Below are positions 37,661 through 48,577 of a stretch of DNA of 64,000 bases, piece by piece. How positions within the stretch are numbered: position 1 is the stretch's first letter; each line of letters opens with the position of its first letter. Origin of the DNA: an uncultured Thermoplasmata archaeon. GTDB taxonomy: Archaea > Thermoplasmatota > Thermoplasmata > UBA10834. Where the stretch lies: the NCBI GenBank assembly GCA_963719945.1, contig CAVRDX010000003.1, positions 192,001-256,000 of the forward strand, in the 5' to 3' direction. The notes beneath the pieces are model-generated. The model searched no databases. It had not been told where the DNA came from and was given only the letters and a program-made list of their open reading frames with translations. The position numbers and the translations under genes are program-made.

Positions 37661-38646
37661 ATGCGCACCCTCGGGTCAAGATATCCGTACAGCAAGTCTG
37701 CAACGAAGTTGCCGAGCAACACCATCAGAGTGATTATGTACAAAGTGGCTTCAGCAACGGGGAAATCGAGCTGGTTCAATGATTGAATGTATAACTGTCC
37801 CATGCCCGGGAAGCTGAAAACATTCTCAAGGACCACGGCTCCACCTATGGCGAAAACGAATGCGATTATGAATGAAGTGACGACTGGCAGCATCGCATTT
37901 CGGGTGCCGTGCTTGAATAGTACCTTCCTTTCCGGAAGGCCGATCGCCTTCGCCGTTATCATATAATTCTCGCCTATCACATCGAGCATGGCTGTCCTCA
38001 TCAGCAGTATAGTGCCTGCAAGTGATAGGAGCAATAACACTAACATTGGCAGGAATAAGTGCCATCCTATATCGAGGATCCTGAATCCCAGCGTTCCGGA
38101 TTCGAAGAACGGAATGGCATCTGTCGCATCATACCACCCCGTTAATGGGAACCAATCCAGCTGAGATGCGAATATCACAAGGAAAATGAGGCCGATCCAG
38201 AATGATGGCATATTGTAGAACACCAGGCTTACAACGACTGTGCCACCATCCAATACGCCCCCTCTCTTCCAGGCAATCAATGCTCCAAGATATATGCCTA
38301 TGACATATGCGAGTATCGTGGCTCCTCCGAACAGGAGCATGGTTTTTGGTATCCTTTCCTCTAATATGTCCCAGACCTTGATCGCCCTACTGAAAGAGAT
38401 GCCAAAATCGAATGTCAGCATATTGGACATGTACATGGCATATCGCTCCTGGACTGGTCTGTCGTAGCCATAGAGGCTGGTCATGTAGTCTATCTGTGAT
38501 TGTTGAATTGCCGGCGAAGTCCTCAGCAGGTCCTGAGGTCTCGCTGGGAGCGATTCGAACATTATGAAAATGAGAGTCAAAATGATGAGCAGGGTTATGA
38601 ACGTCTGAATGCTCCGAGCGACCACATATCGAGCCATCCCTGCCAT
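37657..38646 (-). CDS. Oligopeptide ABC permease OppB
   Basis: DFGISF, MPSFW, TAKAIGL, ENVFSFPGMG, LDPRVR. Confidence 0.95.
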   Translation of the reverse strand: MAGMARYVVARSIQTFITLLIILTLIFIMFESLPARPQDLLRTSPAIQQSQIDYMTSLYGYDRPVQERYAMYMSNMLTFDFGISFSRAIKVWDILEERIPKTMLLFGGATILAYVIGIYLGALIAWKRGGVLDGGTVVVSLVFYNMPSFWIGLIFLVIFASQLDWFPLTGWYDATDAIPFFESGTLGFRILDIGWHLFLPMLVLLLLSLAGTILLMRTAMLDVIGENYMITAKAIGLPERKVLFKHGTRNAMLPVVTSFIIAFVFAIGGAVVLENVFSFPGMGQLYIQSLNQLDFPVAEATLYIITLMVLLGNFVADLLYGYLDPRVRI

Positions 38647-38806
38647 GATTCAACCTCTATCCAGAACGATATCCTTTACTTGAAGACATTTCTGGCACTA
38701 TTAACCTTTGGACCAGACTTGTTCGGTTTTGCCCTAGCAGCGGCTGATTGTCAGAGAATAAATGAAAAACCGAAAGAAGTTTACGGGAAGGGGTTTCGAA
38801 GGCGGT

Positions 38807-41800
38807 CTATTCCTTCTTCTCCTCTTCCGCTGGCTCCTCGAGCGCCATTCCCTTTGGTTCCGATGGCTTCTTCATCTTGAGGAACAGCATGACGATCACG
38901 ACTGCCGCTACGATCCACCCGACTGCTGCAATGACCCATGCCAAAACATCTGTGCCGCCATCGGTCTCAGTCAAGGTGAAGGTCACCGTTGTCTCGCTCG
39001 ATATTCCGAGTGAGTCGGTCGCAGTTATGACTATCGTGTGCTCCCCAGTTGCCAGATCTGCAAGGGCATGGGATATCGCTACTGCTTTGGATCCCGCTGT
39101 GATGGTGAGTGCAACAGCACTACCTTCATCAAGGGCCAGGGTCGCAGACGCGATTCCGTTGGAGTCGTAGATCATACCCATGACCTCTGCCAACGATGTC
39201 TCTCCATCCGCGATTGGTGACGACAACTCGATTTCAGGCGCCAAGTTCTTGACGGCTATGACCATCCTCGCAGTGCCAGCCTCGGGTGTTCCACCCGTGG
39301 TTATTCCAGCTGCTATGAGTGCCGCCTCGGCATCTGCTATCTCCGAGGTGTCTATCACGAATGTAGCCATACCATCGGCGTCAGTCACGACTGTTGGAGC
39401 GACTGCCGTTCCGGTGCTCACACCTATGCTGACTGGGAGATCCGCATATGGCGCTCCGGTTGCATCCAGCACTTCGACGGTCGCGTACACATCATCGCCG
39501 ATCATCCGAATGTCTACGATCTGTGTCGGCGTAACATATACCGACTCTCTGAGTGGCTGTATGACCAATTGCGTCTGGCTAGCCAGAATCATCGATCCGT
39601 CGACATAGGCTGCAATATAGACTTCGGGGTTCGTCTTCGTCACGGTTGCATCATACGCATCATTTGCTGAGTCATATGCTGCTGCCGTGATGTTGAAGTC
39701 GACTGTCCCGCTTGCCGGGGTCACACTCGATCCATAGTCTGAGACATTGTAGTTCGCGCCGCCTATTTCGTAGATAGCAATCTCGGCCCCATCTATCTCG
39801 TCGCCGTTCTCATCGTACGCAGTAACGGTGATCGCTGACACGTCGAATTCCGATGCCTTGGCCTGCAGAACGGGCTTCTCGACTTCATATGTGACCGTCG
39901 TGAAGCTCATAGCCCTTCCGTAGCCGTAGTGGCTTGCGATGATCGTCTGGCCATAGATGTCGTGGTTGTATGTATCCCAGTTGTAATCCGCTGTGGAGTT
40001 AGGCACCATGAACAGGTCCATCGCGAGGTCCAGGTGAGCCAGGTCCACGCCCTCTATGGTCATGGAGTAGACTCCTCCGGTTATATCGACACCTACCGCG
40101 TCTAGGGCGATGTCCCATTCCTCAGTGACATCGTTCCAGAGCCACCCTTCAAGGTACTCCGGTGCGGAATATGATCCCGCAGTGACGATGTTCTGTCCAT
40201 CGCCATCGGTCACGATGTTGATTCCTGCATAATCCCACAGGGAGTTGTACTCGGACCCGGACCAGTCGGTCAGCTGACCGTTAGCGGTCGCGGCGACCAC
40301 AATGCTACCCGTGATTCCATCTGCTGGGTTGCCCTGGCTGTCGAAGACATAGATGCCCACATCGATCGTGCCCCATACATCAACGAACTTCGGTGTCGCG
40401 TATTGTATATATCCACCATACATGTCCGTCAATGCACCCGTATCCGAGTAAGTCAGAGTCACGGAGTCCATCACCGAGTTAGCCAAGGTACGGTTGCCTA
40501 TCGTGACCATCAGGGCCGCGTCGACTCCGATATCATCGAAGGTCACATCGAAGGTCGCCATACCCGAAGCATCCGTAGTCACCAATGTCTCGGGGGTGTC
40601 TACAAGAGTGTCATCGGTGTAGGTAATGCCTAGATTCTCACCCTCGATTGGATCCCCGTCTACATCCATCGCCATGACCGTTATAGTCGTGGTCGGTGAT
40701 GCTTGGCTCAGGGCCGTCGTAGACACAGAGTCAATGGTGGTCATATGCCATATCGGTGCGGCTGGGTTGTATATCAATATCGTGCTCGTGGCCAGGTTGG
40801 TCAGTGTGTACTTCTCATGGCTGACCGACGCTGCAAGGGTCACGATCTGATGCTGGTTCTGCAAGACTTCCTCTGGTGCAGTATAGACCAGGGTGACCAT
40901 TCCGTCAGTCCCTGTGACATCCGTGCTGGGATCTATCGTACCGTACCCTAGCAGGTACGGGTCGATAGTGACCGTAGCTCCCTCTACCGGGTCTCCGTTC
41001 ACATCAGTCACCAGGACATCGACGTCCATGCTATCGCCCGCAGCAAGCACTGTCATCTGCGGCATAACCGAAGCTCCAATGCCTCCCAATGATGTTACCA
41101 GCAAATTCGCGGAATCGCTGGCCAGAAGGGCGTCACTTGTAACATTCGCCCATACTATTCCAACACCGGAAGCCGCGCCCGTCACAGTGAACTCGAACAC
41201 TCCATTGGTTCCTGTAGTTCCTGAAGCTGGAGATGCTGTCGCCACGCCATTGGTGACTTCCACCGCGACGGTCGCGCCCGACACGGGCTCGCCCATGTTG
41301 TCTACTGCAAGCACGTAGGCGTCAACACTGTCGTCACAGGCGACCTTCTCGGCCATCGTAAGCCCTGCATCAAGGCTTGCTGTGACAGCTCCTCCGCCAG
41401 TCGCGCCGCCTGTGCCCGAGTATTCGAGCACTGCGAAGCAGTAGGCGTTGATGAGCGTACCGTCGAACACTGTCCAGTTGGTATACACCTTGTTATGTGC
41501 CTCGACGTTGACTCTGTAGTAGAGAACGTTACATACAACAGCATCGGCGATAATCGCCTCTCCTTGCTTGACATAGTCGATCTGTTCCGCTATGTCGAAG
41601 GTCGCTCTTGCTTTGTCCTCAAGATCTACGAAGTCATCTGCCATCGCTTGGGTCGCTTCGTCAGCGAGTGTGCTCACACCGCCGAGCGAAGAATACCATG
41701 GGTTCGGGTTGGCGTCGGTCCAGAATCCCCACGAGTTCGATGTAGCTGTTGGGCTGTAAATGTCGAACAGAACGCTTACACATTCTGTGTAGCCAGTGAA

Positions 41801-43193
41801 GCTCCAACCAAGCTCGAGCATCTGGTAGTCGAAAGCAGTCAGCTTGGCAACAAGTGTGTTGAAATCGATTGCCTTGGCTTCGACATTGATACCCGCAGAT
41901 CTCATGTTGGTCGCTATCATCTGTCCTGCTCTTATCCTGACGGGATCGTAGTCTGCTGGCGGACAGAGTAGGGTTATCTTGTCCATCAACCTACCATCTG
42001 GCAACTCCCTAAAGCCATCGCCATTGATGTCAAGGTATCCTGCATCGTCGAGCATCTGCTCTGCGGTCGCAACGTCAAAGGGATATTTCTCGACCGCTGG
42101 GTTGTACCACTCACCGAAGAACGGCGAGACTGCCGCTGAACCCGCCTGACCGAATCCACCCATGTAGATATCGACGATCTGGTCCTTGTCAATCAAGTAG
42201 GATACAGCCTTTCTGAATGTCAGATTGTTCATAGGCTCTCTCTTCTCGTTGAATGCGAGATAGAAGTACCCTGCATCTGACATGTACTCGAGACCGATGT
42301 TCGGGTCGCTCTGGAGAGCTGGGACACGTCCTGATGTGACAGTCCATGCGATGTAGTCGACATCGCCTCCCTGTAGCGCTAGAATCGCGGTGTCCAAGTT
42401 GCTGTACACCTTGAAGTATAGCACATCAAGGACCCTCGGGAAAGTCGGCATATTCGCCGGGGTCATGAAGTCCTTGCCCCAGTAATCGTCGAAGGTCTTG
42501 ACAACTCTGTATGAGTTGGCGACTCCGCTATCATACCTCCATGGTCCAGTACCTATCGTCGCAGCAACATCATCGCCCCATCGAACGTTCACCGTGTTAT
42601 CCACGGTGCTCACATGGTCTATCCATATGTGCTTCGGAATGATGGGCACAGATAATGTGCTCGTAAAGAACTGGCCATACTGTTTGGCCATGACGAACTG
42701 CACATGGTAATCATCTATCACGATCAGACCTTCTTCCATCTCGGTCTCGTTCACCATGTCATCGTCATCCTGGTCGAATGCCTTGATGATTCTATCAGCG
42801 TATGTCGTACCATTCCTTGCCATCAGGTACGAGAAGTAGACATCCTCCGAGGTCATGGTCGTGCCATCGTGGAACTTCACACCTTCTCGGATAGTGACAT
42901 CCACAGTGAGGGCGCCCTCGTCAAAAGTCCAATCCTCTGCCAGTAATGGAACGGTTTTCAAGTCAAAGTCCGTGGCCGAAAGGCCTTCAAAACAGCTGCC
43001 TATGACGTGAGCCTTCCACACGCTATTGGTTCCGATGTTGTAATTGTTGAAGTCAGGAATATCCTGCTGCATGGCAATATACAACACGTTCTTCATTTGC
43101 TGCCGCCGAAACCGCTTTTGCTGGTAAAAATGCAAAAGCAGATATCACGGTTAGCAGCACTGCAAAGCTCGCTAGTATTGCTCTATTTCTCAT
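38807..43193 (-). CDS. OppA-family solute-binding protein fused to multiple Ig-like domains and a C-terminal TM. Frameshift near 43090-43100 separates the signal peptide.
   Basis: SBP family 5 motifs (PLLAEDW, REGVKFHDG, IGTGPW, FRKAVSYLID), Big_1-like repeats, TM VLAWVIAAVGWIVAAVVIVMLFL. The signal peptide from ATG 43193 is out of frame with ORF 38807..43135. Confidence 0.88.
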
Positions 43194-43440
43194 GCCTCTC
43201 TCATCCTCCGTTTTATCCCACTCCCTAGGGGGAGTAACTAATCACTGCTAAGGCCTTCTAAAATATATGAACTTTCCCCGACATTCTTTCGAAGCGCTGG
43301 GTATATATAGAAAAAGGCATCAAGGCTCTCGATACATGAGTCATTGAGGCATTCACGATGTGAACTGGCTCGCTTACTTGCGGGTCTTTACATATATTCA
43401 CGGGTCATGATTCATTTGTTGCATGATATATCTCATCGCA

Positions 43441-43617
43441 TCACGGGATCGCTTTTCGGACGTCTTCCGGACTGGCGCAATTCCAATCCCCGCAGAACGG
43501 GCATCTGGATTGGTTATCGTCCGAATCTATATCCTCGATCTTGCCCGAATAATTGATCGTTGCAGGGTATGCATTGCCGCACTTCTTGCACCGGTACTCG
43601 AGTTCTATTTTGGGCAT
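43441..43617 (-). CDS. Small zinc-ribbon protein (FmdB-like)
   Basis: MPKIELEYRCKKCG...CPFCG. Confidence 0.7.
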   Translation of the reverse strand: MPKIELEYRCKKCGNAYPATINYSGKIEDIDSDDNQSRCPFCGDWNCASPEDVRKAIP

Positions 43618-43762
43618 CTGTGAGAGCACGAGCAAGCGTGACGATAATACTTTGCGATTCAGAATGTGCATCATTGTATCGAGTGGTTCTCTTCACTGAG
43701 AAGTTTTTTCGTGTGCGATGTCCTTCGGGGCTTCTGCAGCTACATGAACTGGGGGATCAAGG

Positions 43763-44827
43763 ATGGTAAGAAATCGCGAGGGCAAGGATATCAGGGAAGT
43801 CGCCGCATCGGGCAGTCATTATCAGGTGGGAGTATCACTCGGCAAGCAATGCGTGGATCAGGCACTGAGGGTTCATAAGAGGTTCAAGGCCGATGTGGGC
43901 CGAAGGCCCGGGATGACGATTGCTAAGGTCGTCTCCACTGCAAAGAAGACCCTCCCGCTCAGCAAAGAGTTCTTCCCTGAGTATGTCGAGGAGTTGGAGG
44001 GTTATGCCGATGGTTCGGGTCTCTCCTTCGACGAGGTCTACGCGTCTGTATGCGATCTGCCAGGAATCGGAAGAGGATGCACTGATATTGCGGTTAACGC
44101 CCAATGGACAAAGGATGACTCTGTATTCGCAGCGCACAACGAGGATGTCGAACCATACAATTTCGAGGACCTTGCGATAGTACGCATAAGACCGTCGGGC
44201 GAGCCTGGTTTCATCGGTGTGAACTATGGCGGCATACTTCCGACCGTGGGCCTGAATGCTGCTGGGATAAGTCTGACCGGGAATGCATTGGTCCCGAACG
44301 ACACACGGTTGGGTATCCCGAAGATGTTCGCGACCCGCAAGATCCTCAGCGCAAAGGGTCTCTACGATGCTCTTAGGTTCGCTGTGCCCGCTGGCAGGAG
44401 CACGAGCTTCAACAATATCATCTGCGACCACAACGGTGAGATATACAGCATGGAAGGGTCCGCCACCACCTTCGACGCCATCTACGCGGAGGATGGATAT
44501 TTGGTCCATGCGAACCACTATCTGTCCCCGCGCATGTGGAAGTTCGAGAGCGACATGCATACGCGAATCTCATCTATCATACGTCATAATCGGGCGAAGA
44601 AGCTCTTCAAGAAACACCTCGGGCAGGTGGAGGTATCGACTTTCAAGGAGATCTTCTCTGACCACGTGGGATATCCCGAATCGATATGCCGTCATGCCGA
44701 TCCCTCGTTGTGCGAGGACGAGCAGACATCGACAGTCTTCTCGACGGTGTTGGACCTTACGCATAATGTCGCATGGATTTGCCACGGGAACCCATGCACT
44801 GGCGAGTACAGAAGATACGAATTGTGA
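43763..44827 (+). CDS. C45 family Ntn hydrolase/acyltransferase
   Basis: G/CT autocleavage site (GRGCTDIAV), AHNED, GLNAAGI, HANHY, SICRH, GNPC. Confidence 0.9.
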   Translation: MVRNREGKDIREVAASGSHYQVGVSLGKQCVDQALRVHKRFKADVGRRPGMTIAKVVSTAKKTLPLSKEFFPEYVEELEGYADGSGLSFDEVYASVCDLPGIGRGCTDIAVNAQWTKDDSVFAAHNEDVEPYNFEDLAIVRIRPSGEPGFIGVNYGGILPTVGLNAAGISLTGNALVPNDTRLGIPKMFATRKILSAKGLYDALRFAVPAGRSTSFNNIICDHNGEIYSMEGSATTFDAIYAEDGYLVHANHYLSPRMWKFESDMHTRISSIIRHNRAKKLFKKHLGQVEVSTFKEIFSDHVGYPESICRHADPSLCEDEQTSTVFSTVLDLTHNVAWICHGNPCTGEYRRYEL

Positions 44828-44830
44828 TCC

Positions 44831-46477
44831 TCAAGGCCATCGGTGTCTCAGGACCTCTCCCGCCTTGACCTTCATCTGACGGCCGTTGTCCACTGCGATC
44901 TTGCCGTTCACAAGGACATATGGTATGCCATCTGGATACTGATGCGGGTAATTCTCGAACGGATGCTTGTGAGGCCATCTGTTGGTCGCCTTGTCCTTCA
45001 CATTCGGCAGGTCAATGATGGCGATATCCGCACGCATGCCCGGTCTGATAAGACCTCTGTCAAGGAGCCCGATCTTCTGTGCAGGGAAGCTCGTCATCTT
45101 CCGGATGGCTTCCTGCATGGTCAGGACCTTGTCATCCCTGACGAACCTCTCCAGTATGCCAGGATACTCTCCGAATGCACATGGCATGTACGGTGGAGGA
45201 TCCGTGAGCGGCCCCTTCACGGACCATGTCGCGCAATCTGATGATATCATCATCAGCGGGTGGGACATGAGCGTCTTGACGTCATCCTCGCTGATGTAAT
45301 CGAAGATCGCGATCGTCTCATCCTTGCTCTCGATCATGATGTCGAAGTAGGTGTCGAAGGGATCATCCCCTCTCATCTTCGCCACTTGTTCGATCGTCTT
45401 GCCAACCAGCGATTCCTGTCCGGGGCAGTGCATGATGAATATCCTGTCGAACTTGCCATGTTTCATGAGGCCGCACGGTCCGAATGCCGGGAGTTTGTCT
45501 TCGATGATCTCCTTCTTGATCCTCTTCTTATTGTCCTTCTCGCCTACATGGGCTAGAAGGTCGGGAATGTCCATCTCGTGTAGGTATTGCGGGAGCGCAC
45601 CACTAAGTCTCGGCGCAAGGTCGGTGTGCATGTCGTTGTCGATCGTGACGTCGACCCCCTTCTCCCTGGCCTCTTCCACGAGTCCAAGTGTCTCGTCTGT
45701 CCTTCCCCATGCGCCGTATTTCGGGCAGTTATGAGATATCTCGATCCTCGTCCCGCTCTTCTCGCCTATGAGGATGGCTTCCTTGATCGCTTCGGCTATG
45801 GTCTCTCTCTCTCCTCGTATGTGGGATGTGTACATGCCTCCGTACTTCGCGACCACCTTGCATAGTTCGATTATCTCCGGAGTCTTGCCAAAGCAGCTGG
45901 GGGGATAGACGAGCCCTGTCGACATCCCGAAGGCTCCCGCACGCATCGCTTCGTCCACGAGTTCCTTCATGAGCTTCAGTTCCTTCGGGGTAGGGTCTCC
46001 CATGTCCGCTCCCATCGCCGCGGTCCTGATCGCACCGTGGCCGACGAGTGCGGCTATGTTGTGCCCGATGCCTTTCCTTTCGAACTCCTTCAGATACTGC
46101 TGGAAGGTTCTCCATTTTGGTTTCTTACCGGTTCCTGCCCATGCACCCCAGTATGTCATCATGAGGTCGGCGTTCGGTTCTCTCAGTGGCGCGACGGACA
46201 GTCCGCAGTTGCCTATCAGGTGTGTGGTGACGCCTTGTCTCAGGGTGCTGTCGCAGCCTGGGAAAATCAATGCGGTGAGGTCTGAGTGAGTATGTATGTC
46301 TATGAATCCAGGGCACACGTACATCTGCTTCGCGCTTATCGTACGCTTGCAGTCCTTTCGGTCGATCTTGCCGATCTTTTTTATGACCTTTCCGGATATG
46401 CCGATATCTCCCTTGTACCAGGGGTTCCCTGCTCCATCTACTATGTGTCCGTTGAGAATGCCGACATCGTACTTCAT
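44831..46477 (-). CDS. N-acyl-D-amino-acid deacylase (D-aminoacylase)
   Basis: PGFIDIHTHSD, QGVTT..GNCG, GMSTGLVYPP, SHIRGE, EAIRKMTSFPA. Confidence 0.92.
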   Translation of the reverse strand: MKYDVGILNGHIVDGAGNPWYKGDIGISGKVIKKIGKIDRKDCKRTISAKQMYVCPGFIDIHTHSDLTALIFPGCDSTLRQGVTTHLIGNCGLSVAPLREPNADLMMTYWGAWAGTGKKPKWRTFQQYLKEFERKGIGHNIAALVGHGAIRTAAMGADMGDPTPKELKLMKELVDEAMRAGAFGMSTGLVYPPSCFGKTPEIIELCKVVAKYGGMYTSHIRGERETIAEAIKEAILIGEKSGTRIEISHNCPKYGAWGRTDETLGLVEEAREKGVDVTIDNDMHTDLAPRLSGALPQYLHEMDIPDLLAHVGEKDNKKRIKKEIIEDKLPAFGPCGLMKHGKFDRIFIMHCPGQESLVGKTIEQVAKMRGDDPFDTYFDIMIESKDETIAIFDYISEDDVKTLMSHPLMMISSDCATWSVKGPLTDPPPYMPCAFGEYPGILERFVRDDKVLTMQEAIRKMTSFPAQKIGLLDRGLIRPGMRADIAIIDLPNVKDKATNRWPHKHPFENYPHQYPDGIPYVLVNGKIAVDNGRQMKVKAGEVLRHRWP

Positions 46478-46537
46478 GAGCGTCCCCGCCTCGGTATGGC
46501 GATGTCTCTATTTACTGTTTCGACGAAACGTGTCTGG

Positions 46538-47791
46538 CTAATGCAGATACAGCAGAGTGCCGGACCATATCTTCGGGAAGAAATAGGTCGATTTCTGTGG
46601 CATCTTCCGGCCCGTCTCAGCCACCGCGAGCACTTGATCCGCCGAAGGCGGTTTGACGAAGAAGCATATCTCGTGCTCGCCTTCTGACATAATCTTCATG
46701 ACTGTGTCAGTACCCTTGATGTAATCGATGTTGACCTTCTTGTCAAGCATCTCCTGCGTGAATCCGAGCCTCTTCTTCAGGACCTTCTCCTGTAGTATCT
46801 GCACAGACAATCTCTCCATGTGATCCTTTGGAAGGTCCCCCTTGGGCTTGGCGATCATTGTCAGCGACATCTTCGGTATCCATACACCTATCGAACCGTC
46901 AGGCCCTCGGCTAATCTGGTCTGCCAGTTTTTCTGGGCCATCCGCGCTGGTCATGTCGAAATCCTCGTGGAGGTATTTCTGCAAAGAACCCAGTATGCTC
47001 TCATCGACTCCTGAAACGATTCTGTGCGTAGGGTATATGACGAGCCCCGGGTTTCGGAAGCTGACCATCGTCGCCATCACAAAATCGTATGGCCTCTCCT
47101 CATCAGTGTGTCCGTCCTTTGCACGCATCCTATCCCTGTATTCCAGCGATGTCTCGTATCTGTGGTGGCCGTCTGCAATGAGCAGTTTAAGGGGAGCCAT
47201 CGCGGATGAGATCTTCTCAATTAGGTCCTTCTCCGCTATTCGTATTATCCTGTGATGTACGCCCTCGTTGTCGAGGAACCTGAGCAACTCTTCTCTCTTC
47301 CTCACAGATTGCAGCATCTCCTCTATCTTCCCACTGGGATCATCGTAGAGCATGAAGATCTGCTCGGTGTTCCCTTTGACGGCCGAAAGCAGTTCCATCC
47401 TGTCCGCCTTGTGTTTCGGGATCGTTCGCTCATGGGGCAGGACCATTCCTGTAGAGAAATCCTCCAGCTTCACCAGACCGATGATGCCGGATCTCACCCT
47501 AGGAGTCTTGTCCGGGGATTGAAAAGTCTGCTCATAGACATAGAACGAGTCCTCTTTGTCGTGAACGAGGACTTCATCGTGCAGCCATCTGCACATCCGC
47601 TTCGCGGCGACCTCGTACGAGTCATCTTCATTGCCCAGCGTGATATGGGTTATGTTGAGTCGATCGTCCTTCAGCGACTTCTCCAAGGTCCTGTCTATGA
47701 CGTCGTATGGTGGTGCCACGAACCTTGTCGCGTCTTTTCCGAACCTGGATATATTATAGTGATATGCTCCGAACGGCGTTACCTTGACCAA
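46538..47791 (-). CDS. DUF1015 family protein
   Basis: APPYDVI, LPHERT, IADGHHRYET, MPQKSTYFFPK. Confidence 0.92.
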   Translation of the reverse strand: MVKVTPFGAYHYNISRFGKDATRFVAPPYDVIDRTLEKSLKDDRLNITHITLGNEDDSYEVAAKRMCRWLHDEVLVHDKEDSFYVYEQTFQSPDKTPRVRSGIIGLVKLEDFSTGMVLPHERTIPKHKADRMELLSAVKGNTEQIFMLYDDPSGKIEEMLQSVRKREELLRFLDNEGVHHRIIRIAEKDLIEKISSAMAPLKLLIADGHHRYETSLEYRDRMRAKDGHTDEERPYDFVMATMVSFRNPGLVIYPTHRIVSGVDESILGSLQKYLHEDFDMTSADGPEKLADQISRGPDGSIGVWIPKMSLTMIAKPKGDLPKDHMERLSVQILQEKVLKKRLGFTQEMLDKKVNIDYIKGTDTVMKIMSEGEHEICFFVKPPSADQVLAVAETGRKMPQKSTYFFPKIWSGTLLYLH

Positions 47792-47869
47792 CAGATCTCC
47801 CTTCTCAGAGTGCCGTGATTAAGCCGGTGGCTCAAAAATGTTGGCATCGAGGGGTCGGTATTTTCGTAT

Positions 47870-48358
47870 TCACCCTTCGAGGATGGGCACATAACCGTAC
47901 CAAGCGCCACTGTTCTCTAGATGCTCTAGATTCTCTTGGAGGATCCTCAGATGCTCCCTCTCCATGTTCTCTAGCTTGTGGAATATTTCCTTGAGACCGG
48001 CTGTTGCCGCTGAGGCATTCTTGGAATAGAACTCTATGGATCGCTCCTCCGTCTTCATGCCCAGCTTTATCGCGGAGACTGCATCCTTGATTCCGAGGTC
48101 GCCATCTATCGGATCATGGGGGAATATCTCGGCTAGACCCTTCTCCACATCTTCTTTCGAGCTCTCTTTGTGAGGACCGCCAAGTACTTGGAGTTCCCTG
48201 CTAAGGATGGCCGCATGTTCGCGCTCATCCGATGCGAGGCTCTTCATCAGACTCTTCGCCTCCTTGTCACTCACGAGGTCATGGAACCTCATGTAGTACT
48301 CAATCCCGAACCTCTCGAACTCGATCGCAGCCGCAACCACTTCCCTCATATCGCCCAT
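47870..48358 (-). CDS. Ferritin/rubrerythrin-like diiron protein
   Basis: Two E...ExxH modules (DEREH, MEREH). Confidence 0.88.
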   Translation of the reverse strand: MGDMREVVAAAIEFERFGIEYYMRFHDLVSDKEAKSLMKSLASDEREHAAILSRELQVLGGPHKESSKEDVEKGLAEIFPHDPIDGDLGIKDAVSAIKLGMKTEERSIEFYSKNASAATAGLKEIFHKLENMEREHLRILQENLEHLENSGAWYGYVPILEG

Positions 48359-48577
48359 GATCAACCACCATGTGTAATCCTACGTTCCGAGTAGTTAACG
48401 GTTGTGCCTAAGGTCGCCCGCTGACGAACCGTCTCATGGTCTCCGAGGCATACTGACCCGCTCTCATTTTACCGTACAATTGCACAGCGGAATTCAAATA
48501 CCAGATAATACAATTGCAGCCATACATCCCAAGCCATTGTCGGCTTGATTTGATCATGTAATTGGGTTGGTTCTAGA

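Noticed and set aside
43097-43135. Tracked OppA start LHFYQQKRFRRQQ as a Tat signal
   Set aside because: No hydrophobic region follows the arginines. It is the out-of-frame reading of the true signal peptide.
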